DNA of 64,000 bases from the NCBI GenBank assembly GCA_023388335.1, contig JAEWGL010000213.1, positions 14,186-78,185 of the forward strand. Reading direction: 5' to 3'. Below are positions 28,921-38,853 of this stretch, in pieces; within the stretch, counting starts at the first letter, position 1; each line of letters begins with the position of its first letter. Both the position numbers and the translations under genes were made by a program. The stretch is from Pseudomonadota bacterium (GTDB lineage Bacteria; Pseudomonadota; Gammaproteobacteria; Pseudomonadales; Pseudomonadaceae). The notes beneath the pieces are model-generated. The model was given only the letters and a program-made list of their open reading frames with translations, was not told the origin of the DNA and did not search any database.

Positions 28921-29037
28921 GTTCGCCAGTCTGCCGGGAACTGTCGTCCAATGACTGTTGCGCCGATTAACCCTGCCACTGTGCTTGACCCCGCTATCGC
29001 CAGACGTGACGCTTCACCAATCTGCAAGGAGAAAACC

Positions 29038-29661
29038 ATGGACCTGTCGAGTCTGCTGCTGTTCGTGCCCGCCTGCTTCGCCCTGAACATGGCCCCTGGG
29101 CCGAACAATCTGCTGTCGCTGCACAACGCCAGCCGCTACGGCCTGCGCACCGCCTGCGTGGCCGGTGGTGGGCGATTGCTGGCGTTCAGTGCCATGATCG
29201 CCCTGGCGGCCATGGGCCTGGCCGTGGTGCTGCACACCAGCGAGTACCTGTTCCTGGTGATCAAGGTGCTGGGCGCCACCTACCTTTTCTACATCGCCTG
29301 GCAACTGTGGCGTGCGCCGGTGGGCGAGGCGGCGGCGCTCAGTGATCCGCCGCGCGGCATTTGGCGCCTGGCGCGTCAGGAATTCTGGGTGGCGGCGGGC
29401 AACCCCAAGGCGATCCTGATCTTCACCGCGTTCCTGCCGCAGTTCGTCTCGGTCGGCAGTACAACCCCGGTAAGTGAGCAGTTTCTCACCCTCGGTACGC
29501 TGTTCCTGCTGTTGGAGTGGGCCGCGATTGCCTTGTACGGCGCGCTGGGCGCCTATATGCAGCGCTGGTTCAGCCAGCCAGGACCACGCCGGTTGTTCAA
29601 CCGGGTCAGTGCGTCGCTGCTCGGTTTTGCCGGCGTGGGGCTGCTGGCGGCGCGGCGCTAG
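29038..29661 (+). CDS. LysE/RhtB family amino-acid exporter
   Basis: ATG at 29038 after AAGGAGAA gives MDLSSLLLFVPACFALNMAPGPNNLLSLHNASRYG, the canonical LysE N-terminus. Confidence 0.85.
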   Translation: MDLSSLLLFVPACFALNMAPGPNNLLSLHNASRYGLRTACVAGGGRLLAFSAMIALAAMGLAVVLHTSEYLFLVIKVLGATYLFYIAWQLWRAPVGEAAALSDPPRGIWRLARQEFWVAAGNPKAILIFTAFLPQFVSVGSTTPVSEQFLTLGTLFLLLEWAAIALYGALGAYMQRWFSQPGPRRLFNRVSASLLGFAGVGLLAARR

Positions 29662-29666
29662 ATTGC

Positions 29667-29942
29667 TCAGTCACGGTAGAACACCTGCACCAGATGAAAG
29701 CCGAACTTGGACTTGATCGGGCCATGCACCACGCGCAGGGGCTTCTTGAAGATCACCTGGTCGATGGCGCCGACCATTTGCCCAGGGCGGACTTCGCCGA
29801 GGTCGCCGCCGCGCTTGCCGGACGGACAGGTGGAGAACTTCTTGGCCAGCACGTCGAAGGCCTCGCCGTTGGCGATGCGCTGCTTGAGCTGTTCGGCTTC
29901 GGCGGCGGTCTTGACCAGGATGTGGCGGGCTTGTGCTTTCAT
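29667..29942 (-). CDS. ppiC: parvulin-type peptidyl-prolyl cis-trans isomerase C
   Basis: 91-aa ORF MKAQARHILVKTAAEAEQLKQRIANGEAFDVLAKKFSTCPSGKRGGDLGEVRPGQMV...FGFHLVQV. Confidence 0.9.
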   Translation of the reverse strand: MKAQARHILVKTAAEAEQLKQRIANGEAFDVLAKKFSTCPSGKRGGDLGEVRPGQMVGAIDQVIFKKPLRVVHGPIKSKFGFHLVQVFYRD

Positions 29943-29973
29943 GAGGTACCTGTGCGACGGGCAAAAGCCGCCA

Positions 29974-31932
29974 TTATGCCTGATCGCGCAGCTCCGCGCG
30001 GTCGCGGAACTGCTCCAGCGCTTCGGGATTGGCCAGGGCGTCGGTATTCTTTACCGGCAAGCCATGCACCATGTTGCGGATGGCCAGCTCCACCAGCTTG
30101 CCGCTGATGGTCCGCGGAATATCGTCGACCTGGACGATCACCGCCGGCACATGCCGGGGCGTGGTGAACTGGCGGATCACCTGGCGGATGCGCGCTTGCA
30201 GGGGGGCGTCCAGCTGCAGCCCTTCGCGCAGGCGCACGAACAACACCACGCGCACGTCGTCGCACCACTGCTGGCCGATGGCGACGGACTCGACCACCTC
30301 TTCGACCTTTTCCACCTGACGGTAGATTTCGGCGGTACCGATACGCACACCACCGGGGTTCAGCACCGCATCGGAGCGGCCATGGATCGCCAGCCCGCCT
30401 TCGGGGTATTCCTCGGCGTAGTCACCCTGCGCCCAGACGCCGGGAAACTGGCTGAAATATGCCTCGCGGTAGCGCGAACCATCGCTGTCGCCCCAGAAAC
30501 CCAAGGGCATGGCGGGGAATGCCCGGGTGCAGACCAGTTCGCCTTTTTCGTCGATGACTGGCCTGCCGTCCGCATTCCACACCTCGACAGCCATGCCCAG
30601 CCCCTTGCACTGAATTTCGCCCCGTCGTACCGGCAGGTTCGGATTGCCGAGGACGAAACACGAGACGATATCGGTGCCGCCGGACATCGAAGCCAGGCAG
30701 AGGTCGGTCTTGATCTCGCGGTAAACGTAGTCGTAGCTATGGGGCGACAAGGGCGATCCGGTGGACATGATCAGTCGCAGGTTGGCCAGGCGATGGCTCT
30801 CGCGAGGCTTGAGGCCTTCTTGCTCCAGCGCGGCAAGGTACTTGGCGCTGGTGCCGAAGGCATGAATGCCCTCGGCGTCGATCAAGTCGAACAGCCGCTC
30901 GGGACCGGGATGAAAGGGCGAGCCGTCGTACAGCACCAGGGTTGCCCCCACGGACAGACCGCTGGCCAGCCAGTTCCACATCATCCAACCGCAGGTGGTG
31001 TAGTAGAACAGTACATCGTCGGCGTTGAGGTCGTTGTGTAGGGCGTGTTCCTTGAGGTGTTGCAGCAACACGCCACCGGCGCGATGGACGATGCACTTGG
31101 GCACGCCGGTGGTACCGCTGGAATAGAGGATGTACAGCGGGTGGTCGAAGGGCAGCGGGGTGAACTGTGGGTCGCCACCGGGTTGATAGAAGTCATCCCA
31201 CAGGCTTACCTGCCGCGCCGAGAATTCTTCGCCGCGAGTGCCAGGGCGGGTGTAGGGCACTACCACTACGTGGTGCAGGCAGGGCAGCTGGGCGAGCACT
31301 TGATTGACCTTCTCCACCTGCTCGACGGACTTGCCGGCATACTCATAGCCCGCGCAGACGATCAGTAGCTTGGGCTCGATCTGGCCGAATCGGTCGATGA
31401 TACCGTGGGTGCCGAACTCGGGCGAGGAGCACGACCAGATTGCGCCGATACTGGCGCAGGCGAGCATCGCCACCAGCGTCTGCCAGGTATTGGGCATAAC
31501 CGCCGCGACACGGTCACCCGGCTGTATGCCCACGGCCTGCAAGGCGCGTTGCAGACCCGCCACATGGGCCGCCAGCGCCGCGTGGTCGAGCACCTCGCGG
31601 CTGCCGTCTTCACGTACGGCGATCACGGCTGGACGGTCGTCGCGGCGCAGCAGCAGGTGTTCGGCGAAATTCAGCGTGGCGTCGGCGAACCAGCGCGCTT
31701 CTGGCAGGCTGGTGCCGTCATCGAGCACTTCGGTAGGGGGTGTGTCCCAGCGCACATGGAAGTACTCGGCCAAAGATTGCCAGAACGCGGCACGCTGCTC
31801 GATGCTCCAGCGGTGCAAGGCTGCGTAGTCATCTAGCGCCAGGTCGAAGCGCAGGTTGACCCAGCGGCGAAAAGCCTCCATCCGGCTGGCCTGGACCTGA
31901 GCGGTGGATGGCTGCCAGAGCATTTCGTTCAT
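29974..31932 (-). CDS. acetoacetyl-CoA synthetase (acetoacetate--CoA ligase)
   Basis: 652-aa ORF with an AMP-binding motif (YSSGTTGVPKCIVH) and an N-terminus (MLWQPS...RMEAFRRWV) typical of acetoacetyl-CoA synthetases. Confidence 0.9.
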   Translation of the reverse strand: MNEMLWQPSTAQVQASRMEAFRRWVNLRFDLALDDYAALHRWSIEQRAAFWQSLAEYFHVRWDTPPTEVLDDGTSLPEARWFADATLNFAEHLLLRRDDRPAVIAVREDGSREVLDHAALAAHVAGLQRALQAVGIQPGDRVAAVMPNTWQTLVAMLACASIGAIWSCSSPEFGTHGIIDRFGQIEPKLLIVCAGYEYAGKSVEQVEKVNQVLAQLPCLHHVVVVPYTRPGTRGEEFSARQVSLWDDFYQPGGDPQFTPLPFDHPLYILYSSGTTGVPKCIVHRAGGVLLQHLKEHALHNDLNADDVLFYYTTCGWMMWNWLASGLSVGATLVLYDGSPFHPGPERLFDLIDAEGIHAFGTSAKYLAALEQEGLKPRESHRLANLRLIMSTGSPLSPHSYDYVYREIKTDLCLASMSGGTDIVSCFVLGNPNLPVRRGEIQCKGLGMAVEVWNADGRPVIDEKGELVCTRAFPAMPLGFWGDSDGSRYREAYFSQFPGVWAQGDYAEEYPEGGLAIHGRSDAVLNPGGVRIGTAEIYRQVEKVEEVVESVAIGQQWCDDVRVVLFVRLREGLQLDAPLQARIRQVIRQFTTPRHVPAVIVQVDDIPRTISGKLVELAIRNMVHGLPVKNTDALANPEALEQFRDRAELRDQA

Positions 31933-31963
31933 GCGGCGTTCTCCTCGGGATGCCCAGTCTTGG

Positions 31964-32431
31964 TTATTTCACTTTAGCCTCTTGCAAGGCCGCGGAAGAC
32001 GACCAGACCCGATAGCGGATCTCAATGTCTTTGGCCGCATAGATCACCAGCGGCAATCTGCTGTTGTAGGCAGTCATATGGGGCGCGGCGAATACGAACC
32101 CGGTGCGTTTTTTATCGTCAGGACAACCCATCAGCGTGCTGGCCGGTCCGTGCAGGCTATCAATGCGCAGATAGCTATAGCCCCAGCCTGGGATGTCACG
32201 GCTTTCGAAAGCGCCACCAAAGAAGTGTTTGTTGCAGTCGACCTCCATGGACTTGCCGGCAAACAGCTCGACCTTGTACAGCGACTCGTCTACCTGCGCC
32301 GGCAATTGCACGACGTGGCGGGTGAAACCTGGTTCAGGCTCCGGAAATGGCTTGAGATCAGCGGCCAGCGCCGATTGAACCATTAACAGGAAGAGCGCAA
32401 GCGCGGTTGAGTAGCGGGCGTAATAACGCAT
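31964..32431 (-). CDS. eco: ecotin (periplasmic serine-protease inhibitor)
   Basis: ATG at 32431 after AGGAGG, followed by a signal peptide. Collinear with E. coli ecotin as recalled (VELFAGKSMEVDCNKHFFGG...GWGYSY...STLMGCPD...YNSRLPLVIY...IRYRVW). Confidence 0.85.
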   Translation of the reverse strand: MRYYARYSTALALFLLMVQSALAADLKPFPEPEPGFTRHVVQLPAQVDESLYKVELFAGKSMEVDCNKHFFGGAFESRDIPGWGYSYLRIDSLHGPASTLMGCPDDKKRTGFVFAAPHMTAYNSRLPLVIYAAKDIEIRYRVWSSSAALQEAKVK

Positions 32432-32563
32432 AGTTATTGCCTCCTGGCATTTTGATTGGGAACTGATGTACATACTGAATCGCAGGTCCATCGGATTGCC
32501 AGACTAACGGTCGTCGATTCCTTGTCCCATCTTCAAGTTCTTCCCGGCCACTCGCCTGTCCTA

Positions 32564-33334
32564 CTATTGTGCCAACCATCCCCCATCGATGTTCCAAGCC
32601 GCCCCCCGCACCTGGCTGCCGGCCTCGCTGCAAAGAAACCCTACGAGTTCGCCCAGGTGTTCGGGCGTGACAAAGGCCAGGGAGGGCTGCTTCTCGGCGA
32701 GCAGGTCGCGTTGCGCCTGATGCGCATCGGTGCCATCCGCGGCGCGGTCGTCGATCTGTTTCTGCACCAGCGGCGTGAGCACCCAGCCGGGGCAGATGGC
32801 GTTACAGGTGACGTTGCTGCTGGCCGTCTCCAGGCCTACCACCTTGGTCAGCCCGACCACGCCGTGCTTGGCGGCCACATAGGCGGCCTTGCCGGTCGAG
32901 CCGACCAGGCCATGCACCGAGGCGATATTGACGATCCGCCCCCAGTTACGTGCACGCATACCCGGCAGCACCCGCTGGGTGGCGTGGAACACCGCCGATA
33001 GATTGAGGGCAATGATCTTGTCCCAGGCCTCTACAGGGAACTGCTCGACCGGCGCCACATGCTGGATGCCGGCATTATTGACGAGGATGTCGACGGCGCC
33101 GAACGTTGCCTCGGCAGTGCTGAACAATGCCTCTATTTGGGCCACATCGCTCAGGTCGGCGGGGTGGTGGATGACCTTCGCTGCGTGACGGGCGACCTCA
33201 TCGATGGCTGCCTGGACATCGCCGAAGCCATTGAGGACTATGTTCGCCCCAGCCTTGGCCAGTACAAGGGCGATGCCCAGGCCGATGCCGCTGGTGGAAC
33301 CGGTGACTACCGCTGTCTTGCCGTGCAGACTCAT
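32564..33334 (-). CDS. bdhA: 3-hydroxybutyrate dehydrogenase (SDR)
   Basis: ATG at 33334 after AAGGAG gives MSLHGKTAVVTGSTSGIGLGIA. YVAAKHG catalytic motif. Genomic context with acetoacetyl-CoA synthetase. Confidence 0.88.
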   Translation of the reverse strand: MSLHGKTAVVTGSTSGIGLGIALVLAKAGANIVLNGFGDVQAAIDEVARHAAKVIHHPADLSDVAQIEALFSTAEATFGAVDILVNNAGIQHVAPVEQFPVEAWDKIIALNLSAVFHATQRVLPGMRARNWGRIVNIASVHGLVGSTGKAAYVAAKHGVVGLTKVVGLETASSNVTCNAICPGWVLTPLVQKQIDDRAADGTDAHQAQRDLLAEKQPSLAFVTPEHLGELVGFLCSEAGSQVRGAAWNIDGGWLAQ

Positions 33335-33371
33335 GGAATGCTCCTTGGCTATGTCGCTGACAATAATGAGG

Positions 33372-34388
33372 TTAGGCGCGCGGATCGAAGGCCTCGCGCA
33401 ATGCATCGCCGATGAACACCAGCAGCGAGAGGATCAGCGCGAGGGCGAAGAAGGCCGTGAAGCCCAGCCAGGGCGCTTGCAGGTGCTGCTTGCCCTGGGT
33501 CACCAGCTCACCCAGCGAGGCGCTGCCGGCGGGCATGCCGAAGCCGAGGAAATCCAGCGCGGTCAGGGTGGTGATGGCACCGGTGAGCATGAATGGCACC
33601 AGGGTCAAGGTGGCGTTCATGGCATTGGGCAGGATATGCCGCAGGATCACCTGGCTGTCCTGCAAGCCTAGGGCCCGCGCCGCCTTGACGTATTCCAGGT
33701 TGCGCCCGCGCAGGAACTCGGCGCGCACCACGTCCACCAGGGCCAACCATGAAAACAGCGCCATGATGCCCAGCAGCCACCAGAAATTCGGCTCGACGAA
33801 GCCGCTGAGGATGATCAGCAGGTAGAGCACCGGCAAGCCCGACCATACCTCCAGCAGCCGCTGGCCGAGCAGGTCGACCCAGCCACCGTGGTAGCCCTGC
33901 AATGCCCCGGCGGTGATCCCGATCACAACGCTGATCACGGTCAAGGCAAAAGCGAAGAGCAGCGATACCCGCGTGCCGTAGAGTACGCGGGCGAGGACGT
34001 CGCGGCCCTGGTCATCGGTGCCCAGCCAGTTGACCGTCGAAGGCGGACTGGGCGTGGGCACCGGCAGGTCGTAGTTGGGTGTGTCGGCGCTGAAGGGGAT
34101 CGGCGCGAACATCATCCACCCGCCTTGGTCGGCAATCAGCTGACGCACGTACTGGCTACGGTAGTCGGGCTGGAACGGCAGCTGCCCGCCGAACGCCTGC
34201 TCGGTATGGCGCTTGAGGGCTGGCATGTAGAGCTCGCCCTGATAGCCGAGCAGCAGCGGTTTGTCATTGGCCACCAACTCCGCGCCCAGACTCAACAGCA
34301 GAAGGACGCCGAACAGCCACAGCGAGAGCCAGCCACGGCGGTTGCGGCGAAAGCGTTGCAGACGACGGCGTGACAGGGGCGAGAGCAT
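33372..34388 (-). CDS. yejE: ABC transporter permease (YejE-type, peptide/opine family)
   Basis: Multi-TM protein. Its ATG shares one nucleotide with the yejB stop (TGATG). Confidence 0.85.
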   Translation of the reverse strand: MLSPLSRRRLQRFRRNRRGWLSLWLFGVLLLLSLGAELVANDKPLLLGYQGELYMPALKRHTEQAFGGQLPFQPDYRSQYVRQLIADQGGWMMFAPIPFSADTPNYDLPVPTPSPPSTVNWLGTDDQGRDVLARVLYGTRVSLLFAFALTVISVVIGITAGALQGYHGGWVDLLGQRLLEVWSGLPVLYLLIILSGFVEPNFWWLLGIMALFSWLALVDVVRAEFLRGRNLEYVKAARALGLQDSQVILRHILPNAMNATLTLVPFMLTGAITTLTALDFLGFGMPAGSASLGELVTQGKQHLQAPWLGFTAFFALALILSLLVFIGDALREAFDPRA

Positions 34389-35446
34389 CAATGCGCCCTC
34401 GTGCTGAAGTCGATGCGTGGGTCGAGCAGGGTGTAGCTCAGATCACCGATCAGGCGGATCAGCAGGCCCGCCAGGGTGAAGATGAACAGCGTGCCGAACA
34501 CCACCGGGTAGTCCCGTGACACCGCGGCCTCGTAACTCATGCGCCCCAGGCCATCGAGCGAGAAGATCACTTCGATCAGCAGCGAGCCCGCGAAGAACAC
34601 GGTGATCAGTGCCTGTGGCACGCCCGCCACCACCAGCAGCATGGCGTTGCGCAACACATGGCCGTAGAGCACCCGTCGTTCGCTCAGGCCCTTGGCCCGC
34701 GCCGTGACCACGTACTGGCGGGCGATCTCGTCGAGAAAGGCGTTCTTGGTCAGCAGGGTCAGGGTAGCGAAGCCGCCGATCACCAGGGCACTGACTGGCA
34801 GTACCAGGTGCCAGAAATAGTCGGCGACCTGGCCCAGCAGGCTGAGCTGATCGAAGTTTTCCGAAACCATCCCGCGCACCGGGAACCAGTTCAGCGAGGT
34901 GCCGCCAGCGAACAGCACGATCAGCAGCAGGGCGAAGAGGAAGGAAGGCAGGGCATAGCCAATCACGATCAGCGCGCTGCTCCAGGCATCGAAGCGGCTG
35001 CCGTGGCGTACCGCCTTGCGGATGCCCAGGGGGATCGACACCAGGTAGGTGATCAAGGTGGCCCAGAAGCCCAGTGACAGGGTCACCGGCAGCTTCTCCA
35101 GGATCAGGTCGGTGACCTTGGCACCACGGAAAAAGCTGCTGCCGAAGTCCAGGCGGGCGTATTGGCCGAGCATCAGCCACAGGCGCTCCGGCGCGCTCTT
35201 GTCGAAGCCGTACTGGCGCTTGATCTCGTCGATCAGCTTCGGATCCAGGCCGCGGCTGGCCCGGGACTCACCATGCACGATTTCGACCCGTGCGCCCGGC
35301 GCACCACCACCGACGCCTTGCAGGCGGGCGACGGCCTGCTCGACCGGGCCGCCCGGGGCGGCCTGGACGATGGCGAAGTTGAGCAGCAGGATCGCCAGCA
35401 GGGTCGGGATGATCAGCAGCAACCGGCGCAGGATGTAGGCGGTCAT
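34388..35446 (-). CDS. yejB: ABC transporter permease (YejB-type)
   Basis: ATG at 35446 ([34 protein letters not shown]) overlaps the yejA stop (ATGA). Confidence 0.85.
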   Translation of the reverse strand: MTAYILRRLLLIIPTLLAILLLNFAIVQAAPGGPVEQAVARLQGVGGGAPGARVEIVHGESRASRGLDPKLIDEIKRQYGFDKSAPERLWLMLGQYARLDFGSSFFRGAKVTDLILEKLPVTLSLGFWATLITYLVSIPLGIRKAVRHGSRFDAWSSALIVIGYALPSFLFALLLIVLFAGGTSLNWFPVRGMVSENFDQLSLLGQVADYFWHLVLPVSALVIGGFATLTLLTKNAFLDEIARQYVVTARAKGLSERRVLYGHVLRNAMLLVVAGVPQALITVFFAGSLLIEVIFSLDGLGRMSYEAAVSRDYPVVFGTLFIFTLAGLLIRLIGDLSYTLLDPRIDFSTRAH

Positions 35447-37338
35447 GGCGTGTCCTTGCGGCGTTCGGCCATCTGCGCGTCGGTCAACGCTGTCGGGCTG
35501 ACCTCCCACCAGGTGTCCAGGCCTTCGTCATAGGCGGCCTCGACCTTGGGCCGGCCAAAGCGGTTCCACCAGGCGGTGGAGCTGCCGGGTGGGTAGTAGT
35601 TGGGGATCCAGTAGTAGTTCCACTGCAGCACCCGGTCCAAGGCACGGGCATGGCGTTGCATGTCGACCTGGCTGTCGGCGCGCACCAAACCGTCGAGCAG
35701 GCTGTCGACAGCCGGGTCCTTCAGGACCATCAGGTTGTTCGAACCCGGGTCGTTGGCCGCGGCCGAGCCGAAGTAGTTGTACAACTCGGTGCCCGGCGAG
35801 AGCGTCACTGGATAGCCGGTGACGATCATGTCGTAGTCTCGGTCCATCAGGCGATTGATGTACTGCGCGGCGTCGACGTTGCGGATGTTCAAGGTGACGC
35901 CGATCTGCGCCAGGTTGCGCTTCCACGGCAGCAGCAGGCGCTCCAGGCCCGATTGACCATTGAGGAACGTAAAGCTCAGCGGCTCGCCCCGGGCATTGAC
36001 CAATTGATCGTCTCGGGGCTGCCAGCCGGCGGACTCGAGCAACGCCAGGGCCTGCAGTTGCTGGGGGCGGATGATGCCGGAGCCATCGCTGATCGGCGCC
36101 GTGAACACTTGGCTGTAGACTTCGTCCGGCACCTGCCCGCGCAAGGGCTCGAGCAGCTTGAGCTCGGCGGCATCCGGCGGTTCACGGGCGGCCAGGGGGG
36201 TGTTGGAGAATAGGCTCTGCTGGCGGATGTACAGGTTGCGCATCATCTGCCGGTTGCTCCACTCGAAGTCCCACAGCAGCCCCAGGGCCTGACGCACGCG
36301 CCGGTCCTTGAACATCGGGCGCTCCAGGTTGAACACGAAGCCCTGGGCAGTCTGAGGTTTTTGCCGGCCCAGGTGGGCGCGTTGCAGGCGGCCGTCGTCC
36401 AGGGCAGGCCCGGCATAACCGAGGGTATAGGCGGTGGCGGAGAACTCGCGGTTGTAATCGTAGCCACCGCCGCGCAGCACCTGGCGGGCCACCTCGGTGT
36501 CGCCGAAGAACTCGACACGGATGCGGTCGAAGTTGAAGCGGCCCCGGCTTACCGGCAGGTCGCGGGCCCACCAGTTGGGGTCGCGTTCGAAGGTGATGCT
36601 GCGTCCGTTGTCGATCCGGCCGATGCGATAGGGGCCACTGCCCACCGGCTTGCTGAAGCCGGCGCCGTTGGCGAAGTCGCGCTCCTGCCAGTCGTGGGCC
36701 GGCAGCACCGGCAGGCTGGCCAGGTCCAGCGCCAGGGTCCGGCTGTGCGGCTGCCTGAAGTCGAAGCGCACCGTCTGCGGGCCTTCGACCACCACGTCGG
36801 CGACATCGGCGAACTGGGTGCGGTAGGTGAGGCTGCCCTTGCTCATCAGCAGCTCGAAGGTGAAACGCACATCCTCGGCCCGTATCGGTTTGCCGTCGGC
36901 GAAGGTGGCCCGCGGATCGAGCTCGATGCGCAGCCAGGCATCCTGCGGACCGCGCTCCAGGCGCCGGGCGATCAGTCCGTAGACGGTGTAGGGCTCATCG
37001 AACGAGCGTACCGCCAGCGGGGAATAGAGCCAGCCATTGACTTCAGTGACGCCGGTGCCCTTGTCGATATAGGGCAGGATATGGTCGAACTGGCCGATCT
37101 CGATGGCCGAGCGGCGCAGGCTGCCGCCCTTGGGGGCGTCGGGATTGACGTAGTTGAAATGCTGGAAGTCGGCGGGGTAGCGGGGTGTCTCGCCGTAGAC
37201 GGTGAGGGCATGGCTTGGGGCGGCATGGGCGTGATTCAGGAACAACACCAGGCAGAGCAGCAGCAGGCATAAAGCATCGCGGGGCAAGCCCACGCCCACG
37301 TATTGGTGAGCGCGAGCTTGCCCCGTGATGGCTGCCAT
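35443..37338 (-). CDS. yejA: extracellular solute-binding protein family 5 (YejA-type)
   Basis: About 630-aa ORF with a signal-like N-terminus. The start is uncertain (TTG at 37341 or ATG at 37338). Confidence 0.85.
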   Translation of the reverse strand: MAAITGQARAHQYVGVGLPRDALCLLLLCLVLFLNHAHAAPSHALTVYGETPRYPADFQHFNYVNPDAPKGGSLRRSAIEIGQFDHILPYIDKGTGVTEVNGWLYSPLAVRSFDEPYTVYGLIARRLERGPQDAWLRIELDPRATFADGKPIRAEDVRFTFELLMSKGSLTYRTQFADVADVVVEGPQTVRFDFRQPHSRTLALDLASLPVLPAHDWQERDFANGAGFSKPVGSGPYRIGRIDNGRSITFERDPNWWARDLPVSRGRFNFDRIRVEFFGDTEVARQVLRGGGYDYNREFSATAYTLGYAGPALDDGRLQRAHLGRQKPQTAQGFVFNLERPMFKDRRVRQALGLLWDFEWSNRQMMRNLYIRQQSLFSNTPLAAREPPDAAELKLLEPLRGQVPDEVYSQVFTAPISDGSGIIRPQQLQALALLESAGWQPRDDQLVNARGEPLSFTFLNGQSGLERLLLPWKRNLAQIGVTLNIRNVDAAQYINRLMDRDYDMIVTGYPVTLSPGTELYNYFGSAAANDPGSNNLMVLKDPAVDSLLDGLVRADSQVDMQRHARALDRVLQWNYYWIPNYYPPGSSTAWWNRFGRPKVEAAYDEGLDTWWEVSPTALTDAQMAERRKDTP

Positions 37339-37348
37339 CAAGACGGGA

Positions 37349-37630
37349 TCAGTCCTGGCGGCTGGTCACTTCCAGCAGGTGATAGCCGAACTGCGTCTTG
37401 ACCGGACCCTGGACCACGTTCACCGGCGCGCTGAAGACCACGGTGTCGAACTCCTTGACCATCTGGCCCGGACCGAACGAACCCAGGTCACCGCCTTGGC
37501 GGCTGGATGGGCAGGTGGAGTTGGCCTTGGCAACTTCGGCGAAATCGGCACCGGCTTCGATCTGGGCCTTGAGTTCGTTGCACTTGTCTTCAGTGGCGAC
37601 CAGGATGTGGCGGGCAGTGGCTTTGGCCAT
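37349..37630 (-). CDS. ppiC: parvulin-type peptidyl-prolyl isomerase C, second paralogue
   Basis: ATG at 37630 after AAGGAG gives MAKATARHILVATEDKCNELKAQIEAGADFAEVAKANSTCPSSRQGGDLGSFGPGQMV...FGYHLLEV. Confidence 0.9.
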   Translation of the reverse strand: MAKATARHILVATEDKCNELKAQIEAGADFAEVAKANSTCPSSRQGGDLGSFGPGQMVKEFDTVVFSAPVNVVQGPVKTQFGYHLLEVTSRQD

Positions 37631-37740
37631 GGGAAATACTCCTTGGGAAAACGCCAAGCCTAGCGCAAAACGTAGAGGGCTGTCTTCAGGTCGTGGCGAC
37701 GATGGGGTTGCAGTCCGCCGCCCCCCTTTGCATATCGCCC

Positions 37741-38802
37741 TCAATGCTGTCCGGCCGCTTTGCGCAACAGCGCTTCGGTCGAGGCCCAGCCCAAGCAACC
37801 GTCGGTGATCGACACGCCGTACTTCAATGCGCCCTTGCCCAGCGGCTGGCAGCCGTCGAACAAGTGGCTCTCGAGCATCACGCCGACCAACGTGCGGTCG
37901 CCCGCGGCACGTTGTCCCAGCACATCCTCAAGTACCGCGGGCTGGCGTGCCGGGTCCTTGCCGCTGTTGGCGTGGCTGCAATCGACCATGATGCGCGCCG
38001 CCAACCCGGCCTTGGCCAAGCCTTGACGTGCCTGCTCGACATCGGCGGCAGCATGGTTGGGCCCCTTGTGGCCGCCGCGCAGCACCAGGTGGGTGTCGGG
38101 GTTGCCGAGGGTTTCGACGATGGCCGGGTAGCCCTGGGCATCGATGCCGAAGTGCCGGTGCGGATGCGAAGCGCTGCGGATAGCGTCGCAGGCGATGGCC
38201 ACGCCGCCATCGGTGCCGTTCTTGAAGCCGACCGGCAGGCCCAGGCCACTGACCATCTCGCGGTGGATCTGCGACTCGGTGGTGCGTGCGCCGATGGCGG
38301 CCCAGCTGAGCAGGTCGTCGAAGTAGCCGGCGGCCATCGGCTGCAGCAGCTCGGTGGCAATGGGCAGTCCGCGTTCGAGCATGCCGAGCATCAAGCCACG
38401 GGACAGGGCCAGGCCGGCATGCATGTCATCGCTGCCATCCAGGTGCGGGTCGTAGGCAAGGCCTTTCCAGCCGACGGTAGTGCGGGGCTTTTCGACGTAG
38501 GCGCGCATCACCAGCAACAACTGGTCGTCAACCTCGGCGGCGAGGGCGGCCAGGCGGTCGGCGTATTCCAGCGCCGAGCGCGGGTCGTGCAGCGAGCATG
38601 GGCCGACGATGACCAGCAGGCGCGGGTCGCGGCCTTCGAGGATGGCGCGTACGGCCTCACGGTGCTGTTCGACTTGGTGGGCAAGGGCAGTGCAGAGCGG
38701 CATCTGCTGCTTGAGCAGGTGCGGGCTGGGCAGGCGTTGGCTGACGGCGGTGTTGGCCGCTTGGGGCTGGGTCAAGGGCAGGGCGAGAGAAGACGATTGC
38801 AT
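37741..38802 (-). CDS. class-I (AroF/G/H-type) 3-deoxy-7-phosphoheptulonate (DAHP) synthase
   Basis: 353-aa ORF with ...DPRLLVIVGPCSLHD..., KPRTTVGWKGL and IGARTTESQ motifs. The feedback specificity (Phe, Tyr or Trp) cannot be read from the sequence. Confidence 0.95.
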   Translation of the reverse strand: MQSSSLALPLTQPQAANTAVSQRLPSPHLLKQQMPLCTALAHQVEQHREAVRAILEGRDPRLLVIVGPCSLHDPRSALEYADRLAALAAEVDDQLLLVMRAYVEKPRTTVGWKGLAYDPHLDGSDDMHAGLALSRGLMLGMLERGLPIATELLQPMAAGYFDDLLSWAAIGARTTESQIHREMVSGLGLPVGFKNGTDGGVAIACDAIRSASHPHRHFGIDAQGYPAIVETLGNPDTHLVLRGGHKGPNHAAADVEQARQGLAKAGLAARIMVDCSHANSGKDPARQPAVLEDVLGQRAAGDRTLVGVMLESHLFDGCQPLGKGALKYGVSITDGCLGWASTEALLRKAAGQH

Positions 38803-38853
38803 GGCGATTAGATTCCCTGGGCGGACGGCGGGTTCAAGCCCGCGCGGTCGGCC

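Noticed and set aside
38826-38846. GGCGGGTTCAAGCCCGC, which superficially resembles a tRNA T-arm (GGTTCAAG...).
   Set aside because: The loop is 6 nt rather than 7. There is no acceptor, D or anticodon arm around it, and it lies immediately upstream of the DAHP synthase start codon within the 5' UTR. It is better explained as a hairpin in that UTR. I found no tRNA, rRNA or CRISPR array anywhere in the window by eye.
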